Source: a virus
Length of the DNA: 64,000 nt
Strand: one strand, 5' to 3'
Virus record (IMG/VR): IMGVR_UViG_3300046514_000858
Span: 1 to 64,000 of that record
The translations under genes and the position numbers were made by a program. The notes beneath the pieces are model-generated. The model did no database searches. It was given only the letters and a program-made list of their open reading frames with translations, and was not told where the DNA came from. This document shows, one piece after another, positions 46,711 through 57,166 of the stretch (positions within the stretch are counted from its first letter, which is position 1; each line of letters begins with the position of its first letter).

Positions 46711-49154
46711 TGCGCGCCATCGACTTCATCACCAACAGCGCCCGCCAGTACCTCGGAGCTCCGGAATCGATCCGTAAGGCCGCCCCACTCCCGCCGCCCG
46801 CCCCCGTGCGCGACACCCGCGAAGTCGAGCTGGAGAAGGCCCGGGAAGCACTGCGCTCGACGCAGGCGCAGATGGAGCGTCTGATCAAGGTCCAGCAGGG
46901 CCGCATCACCGACCCCAACGAGATTGAGCGGCACGAGCCGATGGAGGCTCCGCTCATCTCCGAGCGGTTCAGCTACGTCGACCTCCGCAACTTCCTCAAG
47001 CTCTACGGCAACCACGTCTGGACGTATCGCTGCTCCAGCGTGATCGCGGCGTCCTGCGCCTCGGTGAAGTTCGTCTGGAAAGAGAACGGCGACCCGGTCA
47101 AGCCCAACAAGCTGTCCGGATTCTACATCAAGCCGAACTCGTACATGACGTGGCACGACCTGATCGAGGTCGCGTTCATCCACATGGAGCTGGCGGGCAA
47201 CGCCTTCTGGGAAGTTCAGCGCGACTCCAAGGGTAAGATCGTCGCCATCTATCCCCTCCGCCCCGACCGCGTCCGCATCATCCCGGACGCCAAGAAGCGC
47301 ATCAAGCGGTACGAATACTGGGTCCCGGGCGCGGCCGACTACATCAAGTACGAGCCGCAGGAGATCCTGCATCTGAAGTACGCCGACTCCATGTCGGAAT
47401 ACTATGGCATCCCTCCCTGCGCCGCCGCGCAGAACGACATCATCCAAGACCTGTACATGACGGCGTGGAACAAGAAGTTCTTCATCGAAGGAGCCACGCC
47501 CGGCGGCGTCCTGAAGACCCCGAACACGCTGACCGAGATCGCCTACAACCGCCTCATGAAGGTGTTCGCGCGGAAGCACCGCGGGAACCCGGCGGAGATC
47601 GCGATCCTCGAAGAGGGTCTGGACTTCGTGCCCGTCGGATCCAAGCACACCGACATGCAGTACCTACAGGGCAAGGAACAGCAGCGCGACATCGTCATCG
47701 CCGCGTACGGCGTGCCCCCGGTGCTGGTGGGCGTCGTCGGCCGCTCGACGGGCGCGGTCAACGACGAGAAGAAGATTTTCTGGCAGCACAACATCATCCC
47801 GAAGATTCAGCGCTTCGAGAGTTTCCTGAACGACTTCCTCCTCCTGACCGGATTCCAGATCGACTTCATCACGAAGACGCTGGCGACGATCATTGAGGAC
47901 GAGAAGATCAAGGCCGACATCGCCCAGTCGAACGTCACCCACGGCATTTGGACCATCAACGAGGCGCGTCTCATTGAGTGGGACATGCCGCCGGTCGAAT
48001 GGGGTGACTCGTGGTGGGCTCCGGTCGGCCTCTACGACGTCAAGAACCCGACCAAGACCCATCCCACCGCCATCGCGGCCAAGTACGCCGCCCAGCAGGC
48101 GGCGGCAGCTCCGAGCGTGGGCAAGGATCCCATCGGCCGGGCGCAGCCCGGGGTCGGTGAGACCGCCGCCGCGGGGAGTCCGACGCAGGTCGCGAGTCTG
48201 CAGAAGCCTGTGGGGCGGCCCAAGACCAAGAGCGAGGACGACCACATCTGGATCGACAAGCGCGAGCTGGCCGAGCCGGACTGGACCAACCGCCAGCAAG
48301 TCGCGGACTACACAGAGTACCTCGTTTGGAAGCAGTCGGCCGGGCCGGACGAGCGCGAGCTGTACAAGCGCGTCCGCGGGCTCTTCGCCGATCAGGGCCA
48401 GCGGATCATCGCCTCCCTGAATAATCACTGGCCCTTCCGCAAGGCGGACGGAGAGAACGACGACCTGATCGTCGACGCTGTCTTCGACGCCCAGCAGGAG
48501 GACAACTCCACGCGCGTTGTGCTCATGGCGGGTGCGGAGAAGCTCCTCAAGAAGTACGGCTCGGCTCTGCTGAGCTCGCTCGGCATCAACAAGGACTTCC
48601 GCCTCACCAACGACCGCGTCCAGAAGTTCCTCGCGGACTACGCGGCCGAGAAGGTTCGGATCATCAACGAGACGACCCGCAACCTGCTGCGTGAGGCTCT
48701 GTCCGAGGCGTACAAGAACGAGACGCCGTACAAGGAGCTGATCGGGAAAATCGCCGACATCTTCGACGGCGACGTCTCCGTCAGCCGGGCCGAGCGGATC
48801 GCCCGCACGGAGATGGTCACGCTCACGAACACCGCGCGCTACGAGGCCGCGGTCGACAGCGGCGTCGTCCAGTACAAGCGTTGGATCAGCGAGCAGATCC
48901 CGACCACCCGCCAGCGTCCCGGCGGCGAGAACCACGTCATCCTGCACGGCGTTGTGAAGGCACTCGACGAGCCCTTCGAGGCGCGCAGCCGGACGGGTGT
49001 GGACATGATGAGCGCCCCCGGCGATCTGAACGCGTCCGGCGAGAACGTATGCGGCTGCTTGTGCATCGCCAGCTACTACTCGGGGACCTCGGAATTCGCC
49101 GACCTCCTCCTGCCGGACGGCGTTCCGGCGGCGGACTCGGGCGAAGCGCCCTAA
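46710..49154 (+). CDS. HK97-type portal fused to a MuF (SPP1 gp7-like) minor head domain
   Basis: GNAFW, PLRPDRV, YYGIPP, AYGVPP, TINEAR portal motifs; C-terminal RAERIARTE...K.W...H..LHG...PGD...C.C. Confidence 0.9.
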   Translation: MRAIDFITNSARQYLGAPESIRKAAPLPPPAPVRDTREVELEKAREALRSTQAQMERLIKVQQGRITDPNEIERHEPMEAPLISERFSYVDLRNFLKLYGNHVWTYRCSSVIAASCASVKFVWKENGDPVKPNKLSGFYIKPNSYMTWHDLIEVAFIHMELAGNAFWEVQRDSKGKIVAIYPLRPDRVRIIPDAKKRIKRYEYWVPGAADYIKYEPQEILHLKYADSMSEYYGIPPCAAAQNDIIQDLYMTAWNKKFFIEGATPGGVLKTPNTLTEIAYNRLMKVFARKHRGNPAEIAILEEGLDFVPVGSKHTDMQYLQGKEQQRDIVIAAYGVPPVLVGVVGRSTGAVNDEKKIFWQHNIIPKIQRFESFLNDFLLLTGFQIDFITKTLATIIEDEKIKADIAQSNVTHGIWTINEARLIEWDMPPVEWGDSWWAPVGLYDVKNPTKTHPTAIAAKYAAQQAAAAPSVGKDPIGRAQPGVGETAAAGSPTQVASLQKPVGRPKTKSEDDHIWIDKRELAEPDWTNRQQVADYTEYLVWKQSAGPDERELYKRVRGLFADQGQRIIASLNNHWPFRKADGENDDLIVDAVFDAQQEDNSTRVVLMAGAEKLLKKYGSALLSSLGINKDFRLTNDRVQKFLADYAAEKVRIINETTRNLLREALSEAYKNETPYKELIGKIADIFDGDVSVSRAERIARTEMVTLTNTARYEAAVDSGVVQYKRWISEQIPTTRQRPGGENHVILHGVVKALDEPFEARSRTGVDMMSAPGDLNASGENVCGCLCIASYYSGTSEFADLLLPDGVPAADSGEAP

Positions 49155-49188
49155 GCCCGACGCGCGCGACCTGTCCAAGAGGATAGCA

Positions 49189-50407
49189 ATGAACTCATTG
49201 AACGCACTCGCCCCCTCCAAGAAATACCGCATCGTCTACCGCGGCAAATCCTACCTCGCCGACGTGATCGACTGGGACCAGTCGAGCGGCATCCTGACCT
49301 ACGACGGCACCGCGATGATGATCTTCCGACCCGACGAGCTGGCCATCCTGCGTACTGATCAGATTTCTCTCTGACATTGAAGGAACATCGCATGTCCGAC
49401 GACGCCTCGAAGTTCAAGCCGTTCAGCGCCAAGGGTCGTGAATTCTTCGAAGATGGTATCTGGATCCTCGTCGTGGTGGGCGGGGCCGAGTACTACGTCA
49501 AGGTCGACAAGGACAACCTGAAGGCGGCCTTCGAGGGCAAGTCCTTCGACGCGCACATGCCCATGGCGATCCAGCTCCAGCAGCCGCCGATCTTCATGCC
49601 GAAGCTCTACGGCACCATCGACGCCTTCCGGATCCACGGCGGTTCGTTCTCGACGACCGCGCTTGTCCATCCGGAGCTCTCGGCCGCGCTGGACAAGCAG
49701 CTCCAGCATGGCCTCTCGATCATCGACGTCGTGACGGAAGGTGACGCTCCTCCTCCGCCGAAGCCCGGAGAGAAGGTGAAGCTCCACCTCACATGAACCG
49801 CCCGGCCCCGACCGGGGAGGGCGCATGGAATACAGACTCCGATGGGGAGTGATTGAAGTTCGGGCGACCCTCGACGTTCAGGGCCTCCTGCACTTCGCCT
49901 GCCCGTTCTACGGGCGGGATACGTTCTTTCGACCCGATGACTTCCGCGCGAGCGCGCGCGAGATCCGGACGGTCGGGGTAGCACTGTGCGAATTCCGCGG
50001 ATGTAACGTGCCGTACGAGATCGTGCACTCGTACTTCATGCCGTTGCGATTCGAGGACCTCAACAAAATGTGCATGTACCAGCAGTGGTACATGCCCGAG
50101 ATGATGCACGCAGTCTGGAAGGCCCGCAATGAGCGACGACGCGAATAACATTGACTTCACCCTCGACAATCCCAAGACTAAGAAGCGCCGCCGCATGCTC
50201 TTCTTCAAGCGGCCGAAGGGATCGAGCATCCCCGTCGGCCTCAAGTGGACCTGCCTCTGCGGGACGGTGAACGTGCTCAACGACAAAGAAAAGCAGTACT
50301 GCGCCGACTGCGGGAGTTGCCTGCAGAATCAGGAGAACCTGAACCCGGCGCACACGTACTACACCCTCGTGATCGTCGCGCATTTCAACCCCGCAATTCG
50401 CCGCTGA
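49189..50407 (+). other. four small ORFs inserted in the head module (49189-49374, 49377-49796, 49825-50148, 50129-50407 zinc ribbon)
   Basis: Late motif at 49173; same-strand packing; last ORF has WTC.CG..N...C..CG. Confidence 0.55.
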
Positions 50408-50459
50408 GTATTTCGGTTCCTATGGTCCAAGGGAATAGACCGTAGGAGCTGAAATACCC

Positions 50460-51212
50460 ATGCGCAACATCAAGCTGTCGAGCGTTTCCTTCACCATCTC
50501 CAAGGCCGCGAAGGCCCCCAAGGCACCCCTGAGCGCCCCGTCCGGCGCGCCCACGGATGTCGTCGATCCGAACGATCCCGGCGACATGGATCAGTGCTGC
50601 GACGACCACGCCCCCACCTCCCCCGTCATGAAGGGCATGTCCCACGTCGAAGCGTACGGCGTGCGCAAGCTCTGCAAGGCCGCGAAGGGCGAGCATTACC
50701 CCTTCAGCCAGTGCCTGATCGACCGCCAGAAGGACGGCTACTCGCAGGAGTCCGCCTCCAAAATCTGCGGTGCCATCAAGGCCGGGACCGTCGTGCACAA
50801 GAACGAGTTCATCGTCACCCCGAACGAGGATGGCTCGGTCAACTGGAAGCTCAACGTGGAGTTCACCAAGGTCGACGCCGAAGAGCGGATCGTCAAGGGC
50901 GTCGTCTACGAGCCCGACGTCGTCGATTCGCAGGGCGACAGCGCCTCCGCCGACGAGATCCGCAAGGCGTGTCACGGCTTCATGGCCGACTCGAAGACGC
51001 TCGGCGTGATGCACAAGGAGACCGCCGGACCCCGCGCGTCCATCGTCGAGAACTACATCACCGACAACGACCAACGAATCGGCAACCAGTCCGTCAAAAA
51101 GGGAACGTGGATGATGGCCGCGAAGGTCCACGACGACGAGCTGTGGAACGCGATCAAGAAGGGCGACATCACCGGTTTCTCCATGGGCGGGCGCGCGGAA
51201 AACGCGGACTGA
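50460..51212 (+). CDS. XkdF-like prohead serine protease with N-terminal extension
   Basis: ERIVKGVVYEPD..DSQGD...EI.KA...MH...VE.Y...KGTW...W..IK.G..TGFSMGG. Confidence 0.88.
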   Translation: MRNIKLSSVSFTISKAAKAPKAPLSAPSGAPTDVVDPNDPGDMDQCCDDHAPTSPVMKGMSHVEAYGVRKLCKAAKGEHYPFSQCLIDRQKDGYSQESASKICGAIKAGTVVHKNEFIVTPNEDGSVNWKLNVEFTKVDAEERIVKGVVYEPDVVDSQGDSASADEIRKACHGFMADSKTLGVMHKETAGPRASIVENYITDNDQRIGNQSVKKGTWMMAAKVHDDELWNAIKKGDITGFSMGGRAENAD

Positions 51213-51262
51213 CGCGAAAAACAGAAGCACCGCGCGGGATGTGCTGTCCAAGAGAGTAGACC

Positions 51263-51625
51263 ATGAAACTCAAGAACATGCGAATCGACGAGGTGAGCCT
51301 CGTGGACAAGGCGGCCAACCGCCGGGCGTTCGCAGTCGTGAAGCGCGACCTGTCGAAGTCGGCGGAAGACGAGGCGGTCAAGGCGAAGGCGGAGGCCGAT
51401 GCTAAGATCGCCGCGGAAAAGGCCGCGTCCGATAAGGCTGCCGCCGATAAGGTGGCCGCGGATGCGAAGGCCGAAGCCGACCGGAAGATCGCCGAGAAGA
51501 TCCGACTTGAGACAGAAGAGGCTCAGCGTACCGCCGCGAAAGCGAAGGAAGACGCCGAGCTGAAGGAAGCGAACGAAACGCTTCAGGCCGCGAAGGCTTT
51601 GCTGGAGCTGGTCACGCAGCTCTGA
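51263..51625 (+). CDS. scaffold-like protein with N-terminal EVSLVD-x-AAN protease strand
   Basis: LKNMRIDEVSLVDKAAN followed by an Ala/Lys/Glu helical repeat. Confidence 0.65.
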   Translation: MKLKNMRIDEVSLVDKAANRRAFAVVKRDLSKSAEDEAVKAKAEADAKIAAEKAASDKAAADKVAADAKAEADRKIAEKIRLETEEAQRTAAKAKEDAELKEANETLQAAKALLELVTQL

Positions 51626-51732
51626 GCCGCCCTCGCAAATTTTCACATCGACACCTCATTGAACCAACCGCATAGCGGGTATGTGCCCGCGCGGTCACGT
51701 CCTTAGACTCCAAGCAGCCGACGAGAAAAATC

Positions 51733-53091
51733 ATGGACCTCAAGAAGATTCAGGACGAGATCGCGCAGACGATGGCCGAAGCGCGCAAGCAGATCGAGAA
51801 GAAGAACGCCGGTCAGGGCTCCTTCAACGCCGAGGCGTTCGAAGCGAAGTTCATGAAGGCGCTCGCCGACCGCGACGCCATCCACGCCGCCGAAAAGCGG
51901 AAGGCCCCCTTCATCATGGAAGAGGAGCCCACCAAGCCCCAGCCCCGCGTGCTTCTGGAGAAGTCCGAGCGGCCGGAGGTCAAGGAGTTCCAGAAGTTCA
52001 ACGACGACTGCGTCATGCTGGCGTCGCTGACCCGGAAGCACCCCACCACGCTGGAGTACTTCCAGAAGAACAAGGACCGCTTCCTCGACGAGCGCGGCAG
52101 CACCGAAGTCGCCAAGGCCATGGCCGCCGCGACCGGCGGCTCCGGCGCGGACTGGGTCCCGACCGAGTTCAGCTCCGATCTCTACGACCGCGTCCGGCTT
52201 GACGCCGTGATCGCGGGGCAGTTCGCCGAGATCCAGATGCCGACGCCCATCTACAAGCTGCCCACGGGCGACACCGATCCGACCACGTATCTCACGCCCG
52301 AGAACACGTCGGACACCCCGAACCTGTACCCGGCGTCCACGCCCTCGACGGGCAACGTCACCCTGACCGCGTCGAAGCTGACCACGAACATGGTCTTCAG
52401 CGACGAGATCACGGAGGACTCGATCATCCCGATTCTGGAGTACCTCAAGAACCGCCTCGCGAAGTCCATGATGTACACGCTGGAGGACGCCTACCTGAAC
52501 GGCGACAACTCCACGACCCACATGGACGCCGACGTCACGGTTTCGACCGACGCCCGCAAGGTCTGGAAGGGCCTGCGCAAGCTGGCGCTGGTCTCGAAGG
52601 ACACGTCCTTCTCCTCGTGGGCTCCCGCGGTGGTCGCCACCGGCATCGGCCTGCTCCGCTCCATGCGCTCGAAGATGGGTCGCTACGGCACCCTGCCCAG
52701 CAAGCTGGCCTACATGGTCGGCGTGCGCGGCCTGATCGCGCTGCTGAGCATGCCCGAGATCATGACGCTGGAGAAGTACGGCCCGCAGGCCACGATCCTG
52801 ACCGGCGAGATCGGCAAGGTCGACAACATCTCGGTGCTCGTCTCCGAGAAGTTCCGCGAGGACCTGAACGCGTCCGGCTTCAACGACTCGACGACCAACG
52901 TCCGCGCGGCGATCCTGCTCGCCCACCTCCCCGCCTTCGTGCGCGGCACGCGGCGTGGACTCCGGGTCCGGCCGTGGGTCGACCCGCGCTCCGGCACCCA
53001 GAACCTCGTGCAGGACTGGCGCGGCGACTTCCAGCCGGTCTTCGCCACGGGCCAGCCCTACGTGGTCAAGGGCGTGGACTGGGGCATCTGA
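51733..53091 (+). CDS. HK97-fold major capsid protein
   Basis: N-terminal delta-like region, AK|AM...GADWVPTEFS, AYLNGD, GEIG; followed by a terminator. Confidence 0.9.
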   Translation: MDLKKIQDEIAQTMAEARKQIEKKNAGQGSFNAEAFEAKFMKALADRDAIHAAEKRKAPFIMEEEPTKPQPRVLLEKSERPEVKEFQKFNDDCVMLASLTRKHPTTLEYFQKNKDRFLDERGSTEVAKAMAAATGGSGADWVPTEFSSDLYDRVRLDAVIAGQFAEIQMPTPIYKLPTGDTDPTTYLTPENTSDTPNLYPASTPSTGNVTLTASKLTTNMVFSDEITEDSIIPILEYLKNRLAKSMMYTLEDAYLNGDNSTTHMDADVTVSTDARKVWKGLRKLALVSKDTSFSSWAPAVVATGIGLLRSMRSKMGRYGTLPSKLAYMVGVRGLIALLSMPEIMTLEKYGPQATILTGEIGKVDNISVLVSEKFREDLNASGFNDSTTNVRAAILLAHLPAFVRGTRRGLRVRPWVDPRSGTQNLVQDWRGDFQPVFATGQPYVVKGVDWGI

Positions 53092-53118
53092 TCCCGGCTC
53101 TGCAACCAAGTCACTAAG

Positions 53119-53160
53119 ACCCCGGGTCTGTCCAAGTGGATGGACCCGGGGTTTTTCTTT
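53119..53160 (+). terminator. intrinsic terminator after the capsid gene, containing a GTCCAAG motif
   Basis: ACCCCGGGTC...GACCCGGGGT plus T-run; GTCCAAG at 53130. Confidence 0.8.
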
Positions 53161-53178
53161 TTCATTGCAGAGCACCGC

Positions 53179-53985
53179 ATGACGCTATACGCCTGCCTGA
53201 ACGTCTATCAGGAGGAAGCGCTCCTCCCTGACTGCCTCCGCTCAATCCGTCACGTTCTTCCGCAGGCCAAGATCATCCTGATCGACGGGGCCTATGCGTC
53301 GTGGGTCCGGCACGTCCGGATCGAAGCCGCCGTCGAGCTGTCGCTCGGCAACACCGGCATCGGCAACGACATGCTGGCGCGCTTCGTCAGCGCCGAATCG
53401 ACCGACCGCACCATTGAGATCGCCAAGTCCTTCGACGTCGAGCACATCGTGATGCCGAAGACCCAGTGCATGTGCGGCGGCAAGAAGTTCGACTACGGGT
53501 ACTACGAGAAGGGCGCGTACCTGCCGTGGCCGACCGAGTGGGAGAAGCGCAATCGATTCTTCGAGTTCGGCAAGAACGGGGACTACTACTTCATCGTCGA
53601 CGGCGACGAGCGCCTGCGCGGCACCCTGCCGGAGCTCAAGGAGGACCACTACAACGTGATGCTCCAGCGCGACGACGAAATGGGGGCCTATCCCGTGCAG
53701 CGCGTCTTCAAACACCAGCCCGGCATCAAGATGGAGGGCGCGCACATGGCGGTCTGGGTCGACAGCCCCGCGGGCCCGCGGCTGCTGCGTCGCCTAGATC
53801 GCAAGGACAAGCAAGGCAACGTGATCGAGAAGTCCGACGCCCACCTCCTGCAGGGCATCACCATCGACCATCTCTTCAACGAGCGCGGCTCGACCGATCA
53901 GGTCCGGCACATGGCGAAGGGCGCGTATTACCGGCATGGCCTCAGCAAGGAAGAGGAAGGCTTCCGTCAGAAGTTCGACGTATGA
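53179..53985 (+). CDS. family 2-like glycosyltransferase
   Basis: LNVYQEE..L..CL.SI...IDGAY...STDRT...EKRN...VDGDE. Confidence 0.8.
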   Translation: MTLYACLNVYQEEALLPDCLRSIRHVLPQAKIILIDGAYASWVRHVRIEAAVELSLGNTGIGNDMLARFVSAESTDRTIEIAKSFDVEHIVMPKTQCMCGGKKFDYGYYEKGAYLPWPTEWEKRNRFFEFGKNGDYYFIVDGDERLRGTLPELKEDHYNVMLQRDDEMGAYPVQRVFKHQPGIKMEGAHMAVWVDSPAGPRLLRRLDRKDKQGNVIEKSDAHLLQGITIDHLFNERGSTDQVRHMAKGAYYRHGLSKEEEGFRQKFDV

Positions 53986-54551
53986 CCGAGCCAATTTTCA
54001 CGATTCAGGTCTCGGGCACGGTTGAGCTCATCGCCAAGCTGCAGCAGCTCGCGTACCTCCCGAAGTCGCCCCGCATGCGGGCGCTGCTGGAAGACGCGGG
54101 CAATGCATACGTCGTGCTCGCCATGCAGGACGTGCCCAAAGCGACCCGCTTCCTGAAGGCGTCGATCAACCATCAAGTCGAGGGCTGGGGCAGCGACAAC
54201 CCCGGCGTTCGGATCGGCGCGGGCGGCCCGGGCGCGGGCTACGCGTACTACGTCGAGGTCGGGACCCGGCCGTCGGTCCGCTTCGCTCGGCAGCGGCGCT
54301 TCATGCACTGGTTCATGGAGGGCGGCAAGACCCTGCAGGTCCCCTTCGGGCCCCGCGGCATGACCGCGTACGGCGTCTCCATCGCCAGCGGCTCGGCCGA
54401 GAGCGTCTTCGCCAAGAAGGTGCGCCACCCCGGCACCCGGCCCCAGCCGTTCTTCTTCAAGCAGATGGAGATCATCGGCCCGCGGTTCCTCGAAGCTCTG
54501 GCGCGCCTGATCAACGAAGACATGGCAGTCGGGGGACCCTCACCCTCCTGA
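53982..54551 (+). CDS. HK97 gp10-like neck/tail-completion protein
   Basis: VP..T..L..SI...YAYYVE.GT...V.HPGT.PQPF. Confidence 0.75.
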   Translation: MTEPIFTIQVSGTVELIAKLQQLAYLPKSPRMRALLEDAGNAYVVLAMQDVPKATRFLKASINHQVEGWGSDNPGVRIGAGGPGAGYAYYVEVGTRPSVRFARQRRFMHWFMEGGKTLQVPFGPRGMTAYGVSIASGSAESVFAKKVRHPGTRPQPFFFKQMEIIGPRFLEALARLINEDMAVGGPSPS

Positions 54552-54585
54552 AGAGGGTCCAAGGAAGTAGATCGTAGGAGCCGAT

Positions 54586-55167
54586 ATGACCGATTGGACC
54601 ACCCTCGCGCGCGTGAAGCGTCATCTCAACCTCGACGCTGACAACACGGATCTGGACGACAAGATCAACGACCTGATCCCGGCCGCGTCCCTCGCGCTCG
54701 AACATCACATCGGCCACCCGCTCCATGAGGCGACCTACACGGAGTACTACGACGGCGACCGCACGAACGAGATCATCCTCGACCACTATCCGGTCAGCGC
54801 GATCACCTCGATCAACGACGATCTGACGCGCGTCTTCGATGCCGCGTCTCTCCTGCTGCCCGCCAACTACGTGTACGACGCGAACGGCCAGCGCAACATC
54901 GGCAGCGTGCGCCTGTTTCAGGGCACGGCCACCTTCTTCCAGCGCGGCATCCAGAACGTGAAGGTCGTCTACGTCGCCGGGTACGCCACCCTCCCGGAAG
55001 ACGCGGAGATGGCGGCGGTGCACCTCGTCGCGTGGCTGCTCAGCCGGTCCGGCTCCGAAGGCATGTCCGCGGCCACTCTCGGCGCGAAGAGCGAGAGCTA
55101 CGAGCCCGATTCCATCCCGCCCTACATCAAGCGCATGGTGGCGGCCTACAAGAAGTACGCTGTCTGA
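54586..55167 (+). CDS. head-tail adaptor (gp6/gp15-like)
   Basis: TTLARVK.HL...L..YPV...V.Y.AGY...PED. Confidence 0.8.
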   Translation: MTDWTTLARVKRHLNLDADNTDLDDKINDLIPAASLALEHHIGHPLHEATYTEYYDGDRTNEIILDHYPVSAITSINDDLTRVFDAASLLLPANYVYDANGQRNIGSVRLFQGTATFFQRGIQNVKVVYVAGYATLPEDAEMAAVHLVAWLLSRSGSEGMSAATLGAKSESYEPDSIPPYIKRMVAAYKKYAV

Positions 55168-55520
55168 TGAACTACCGCTCGCTGCACTTCTTCAACCAGA
55201 AGGCTCGCATCCTCCGTGCCAACTACATGGTGGACGTGACCACCATTCGGGACCGCATCCTGACGGACTACTCGACCGTCAAGGACAAGGTGTCCTGCAT
55301 GGTGCAGGATGGCGGCAACGACGTGATCAATCACCCGCTCGCGGGCATGATCTCCGTCGACCGCGCCGATGTCTACTTCCCGGGGAATTGTGGCGTGCTA
55401 CCCAACGACCTCCTCTTGATCCGCGGCGTGTACTACGACGTCGGCCAGATGGACGATCATTCCTTCAACGGCTGGGAGATCGTCGCGCACTGCGTCAAGC
55501 GGAACATCCAGCGGAGCTGA
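55167..55520 (+). CDS. head closure protein
   Basis: Synteny, size, beta-rich sequence. Confidence 0.55.
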   Translation: MNYRSLHFFNQKARILRANYMVDVTTIRDRILTDYSTVKDKVSCMVQDGGNDVINHPLAGMISVDRADVYFPGNCGVLPNDLLLIRGVYYDVGQMDDHSFNGWEIVAHCVKRNIQRS

Positions 55521-55521
55521 T

Positions 55522-56016
55522 ATGACGACCAACGCCTACCCCGTCCTGCCGATCTGGAACGAGCTCGCACGCCTGCTGGAAGCCGAGCTGAAGTCTTCGA
55601 TGGGCCTGAAGTCCATCATCCAAGGCAGCTTTGCGTCCCAGCCCACCCCGGGCCTTGCCACCCTCGTGCCCGGCATCTGGGTCCATCCCTCCCCGGCCAT
55701 GACCGTCGAGGAGACGGAGATGCCCCGGGTCATGATCCAGAAGCACAATTTCCGCCTCATCTACCTCCGCAAGATGGGGCTCAACGAGAACCCCACCCAG
55801 ATCACGGCGGCCGACGCCGTCACCATCGCCAACATGCTGACGGCCAACTTCACCCTGCCCGCGGCCTCCATGCCCGCCAACGCCCAGATCCTCTGGATGA
55901 TGGTCAGGACCGTGGAGTTCGAGCCGCAGGAGGACGATCTCGTCGCCACTATCTCGGCCGACGTCCGCGCGGCGGCCCTGCAGGTCGAGGTGACGGTCCG
56001 GGTTAACGCCCGCTGA
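55522..56016 (+). CDS. tail terminator protein
   Basis: Synteny before the tail tube gene; size. Confidence 0.55.
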   Translation: MTTNAYPVLPIWNELARLLEAELKSSMGLKSIIQGSFASQPTPGLATLVPGIWVHPSPAMTVEETEMPRVMIQKHNFRLIYLRKMGLNENPTQITAADAVTIANMLTANFTLPAASMPANAQILWMMVRTVEFEPQEDDLVATISADVRAAALQVEVTVRVNAR

Positions 56017-56114
56017 GCCTGCAGAGCATCCTCGTACCTCCTGTCCAAGAGAATAGCCCCCGTCCTATGGGGATGGTCTCGTTTTACTCCACTCTTTGAC
56101 AGGACATTAGGACC

Positions 56115-57095
56115 ATGGCGCAGAATGTTGGCCTCGGCATGCGGTCTCACATCGGCTTCGGAGACGAAGTCGTTTGGGGAAGCGCAGTCGCCCGCACCCA
56201 CTTCATCGAACTCATCTCCGAAAGCATCTCGAAGCAGGTCGCGCGGATCGAGTCCAACTCCGTTCTCCGCCGCGGCGTCCTGAACGACCACGTCATCGCC
56301 GGGATGATCTCCGTGGCGGGCGATCTGGTCTTCGACGCGACGTACGGCGGATGGCTCAAGATCGCCAAGCACGCCTTCGGCTCCGTCGACACGACCCAGC
56401 CGGACGTGACGAACGCGCCCACCGCGTACCAGCACGTCTTCACAATCTCCGACACCCCGCTCGCGGGCATGACCATGGAGGTCTTCCGCGACAGCTCCCA
56501 GTTCGTGACGGAGCCCAACAAGGCGTTCGTCTACCGGGGCATGAAGGTGTCGAGCATCGAGTTCTCGTGCGGCGTCGACGAGATCCTGCGCGTGACCGCG
56601 AGCCTGATCGGCACCGACGAGACGCGCGAGGCGAAGAGCACGCCCTCGTACGGCACCTCGAAGGTCTCCGTCTACCATCAGGGCATCGTCAAGTGGAACG
56701 ACGTCGACGTCGAAGTCGACCACTTCACCCTGAAGCTCGACAACGGCTTCGGCCCCCGTCCCAAGCTGGGGTCCCAGTACAGCCGCGAGCCGGTGCCCGA
56801 GAACAAGCTGTCCCTGTCCGGCTCCTTCGAGATGGAGTTCGCCTCGTGGGCCGAGTACGACGACTTCTCGGCGACGACCCAGCGCGAGTTCAAGGTCTCC
56901 TTCACGGGCGACCTCATCGCCGCGGGGGTCTACGAGGAGATCATCCTGACCTGCCCCGTCTCGCTGCTCGACAACGTGCGCGTCCTGATCGACAAGCCCG
57001 GCCGCATCAAGATCGCGGCCGACTTCAAGGCGTACCGCACCACGCTGGCGAACGAGTGCACCATGACCGTGCGCAACACGGACACCGTGATCTGA
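56115..57095 (+). CDS. tail tube (major tail) protein
   Basis: G.E..WG...E..SES...YQHVFT...T.E...G.KV...F...L; no sheath gene seen. Confidence 0.8.
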   Translation: MAQNVGLGMRSHIGFGDEVVWGSAVARTHFIELISESISKQVARIESNSVLRRGVLNDHVIAGMISVAGDLVFDATYGGWLKIAKHAFGSVDTTQPDVTNAPTAYQHVFTISDTPLAGMTMEVFRDSSQFVTEPNKAFVYRGMKVSSIEFSCGVDEILRVTASLIGTDETREAKSTPSYGTSKVSVYHQGIVKWNDVDVEVDHFTLKLDNGFGPRPKLGSQYSREPVPENKLSLSGSFEMEFASWAEYDDFSATTQREFKVSFTGDLIAAGVYEEIILTCPVSLLDNVRVLIDKPGRIKIAADFKAYRTTLANECTMTVRNTDTVI

Positions 57096-57166
57096 ACCGG
57101 CTCGGGCCCCGCGGGACCTTGTAAGCCCCGGGGTCCAGCCGCCATTGCTGAGTTTTTGAGGAACGT

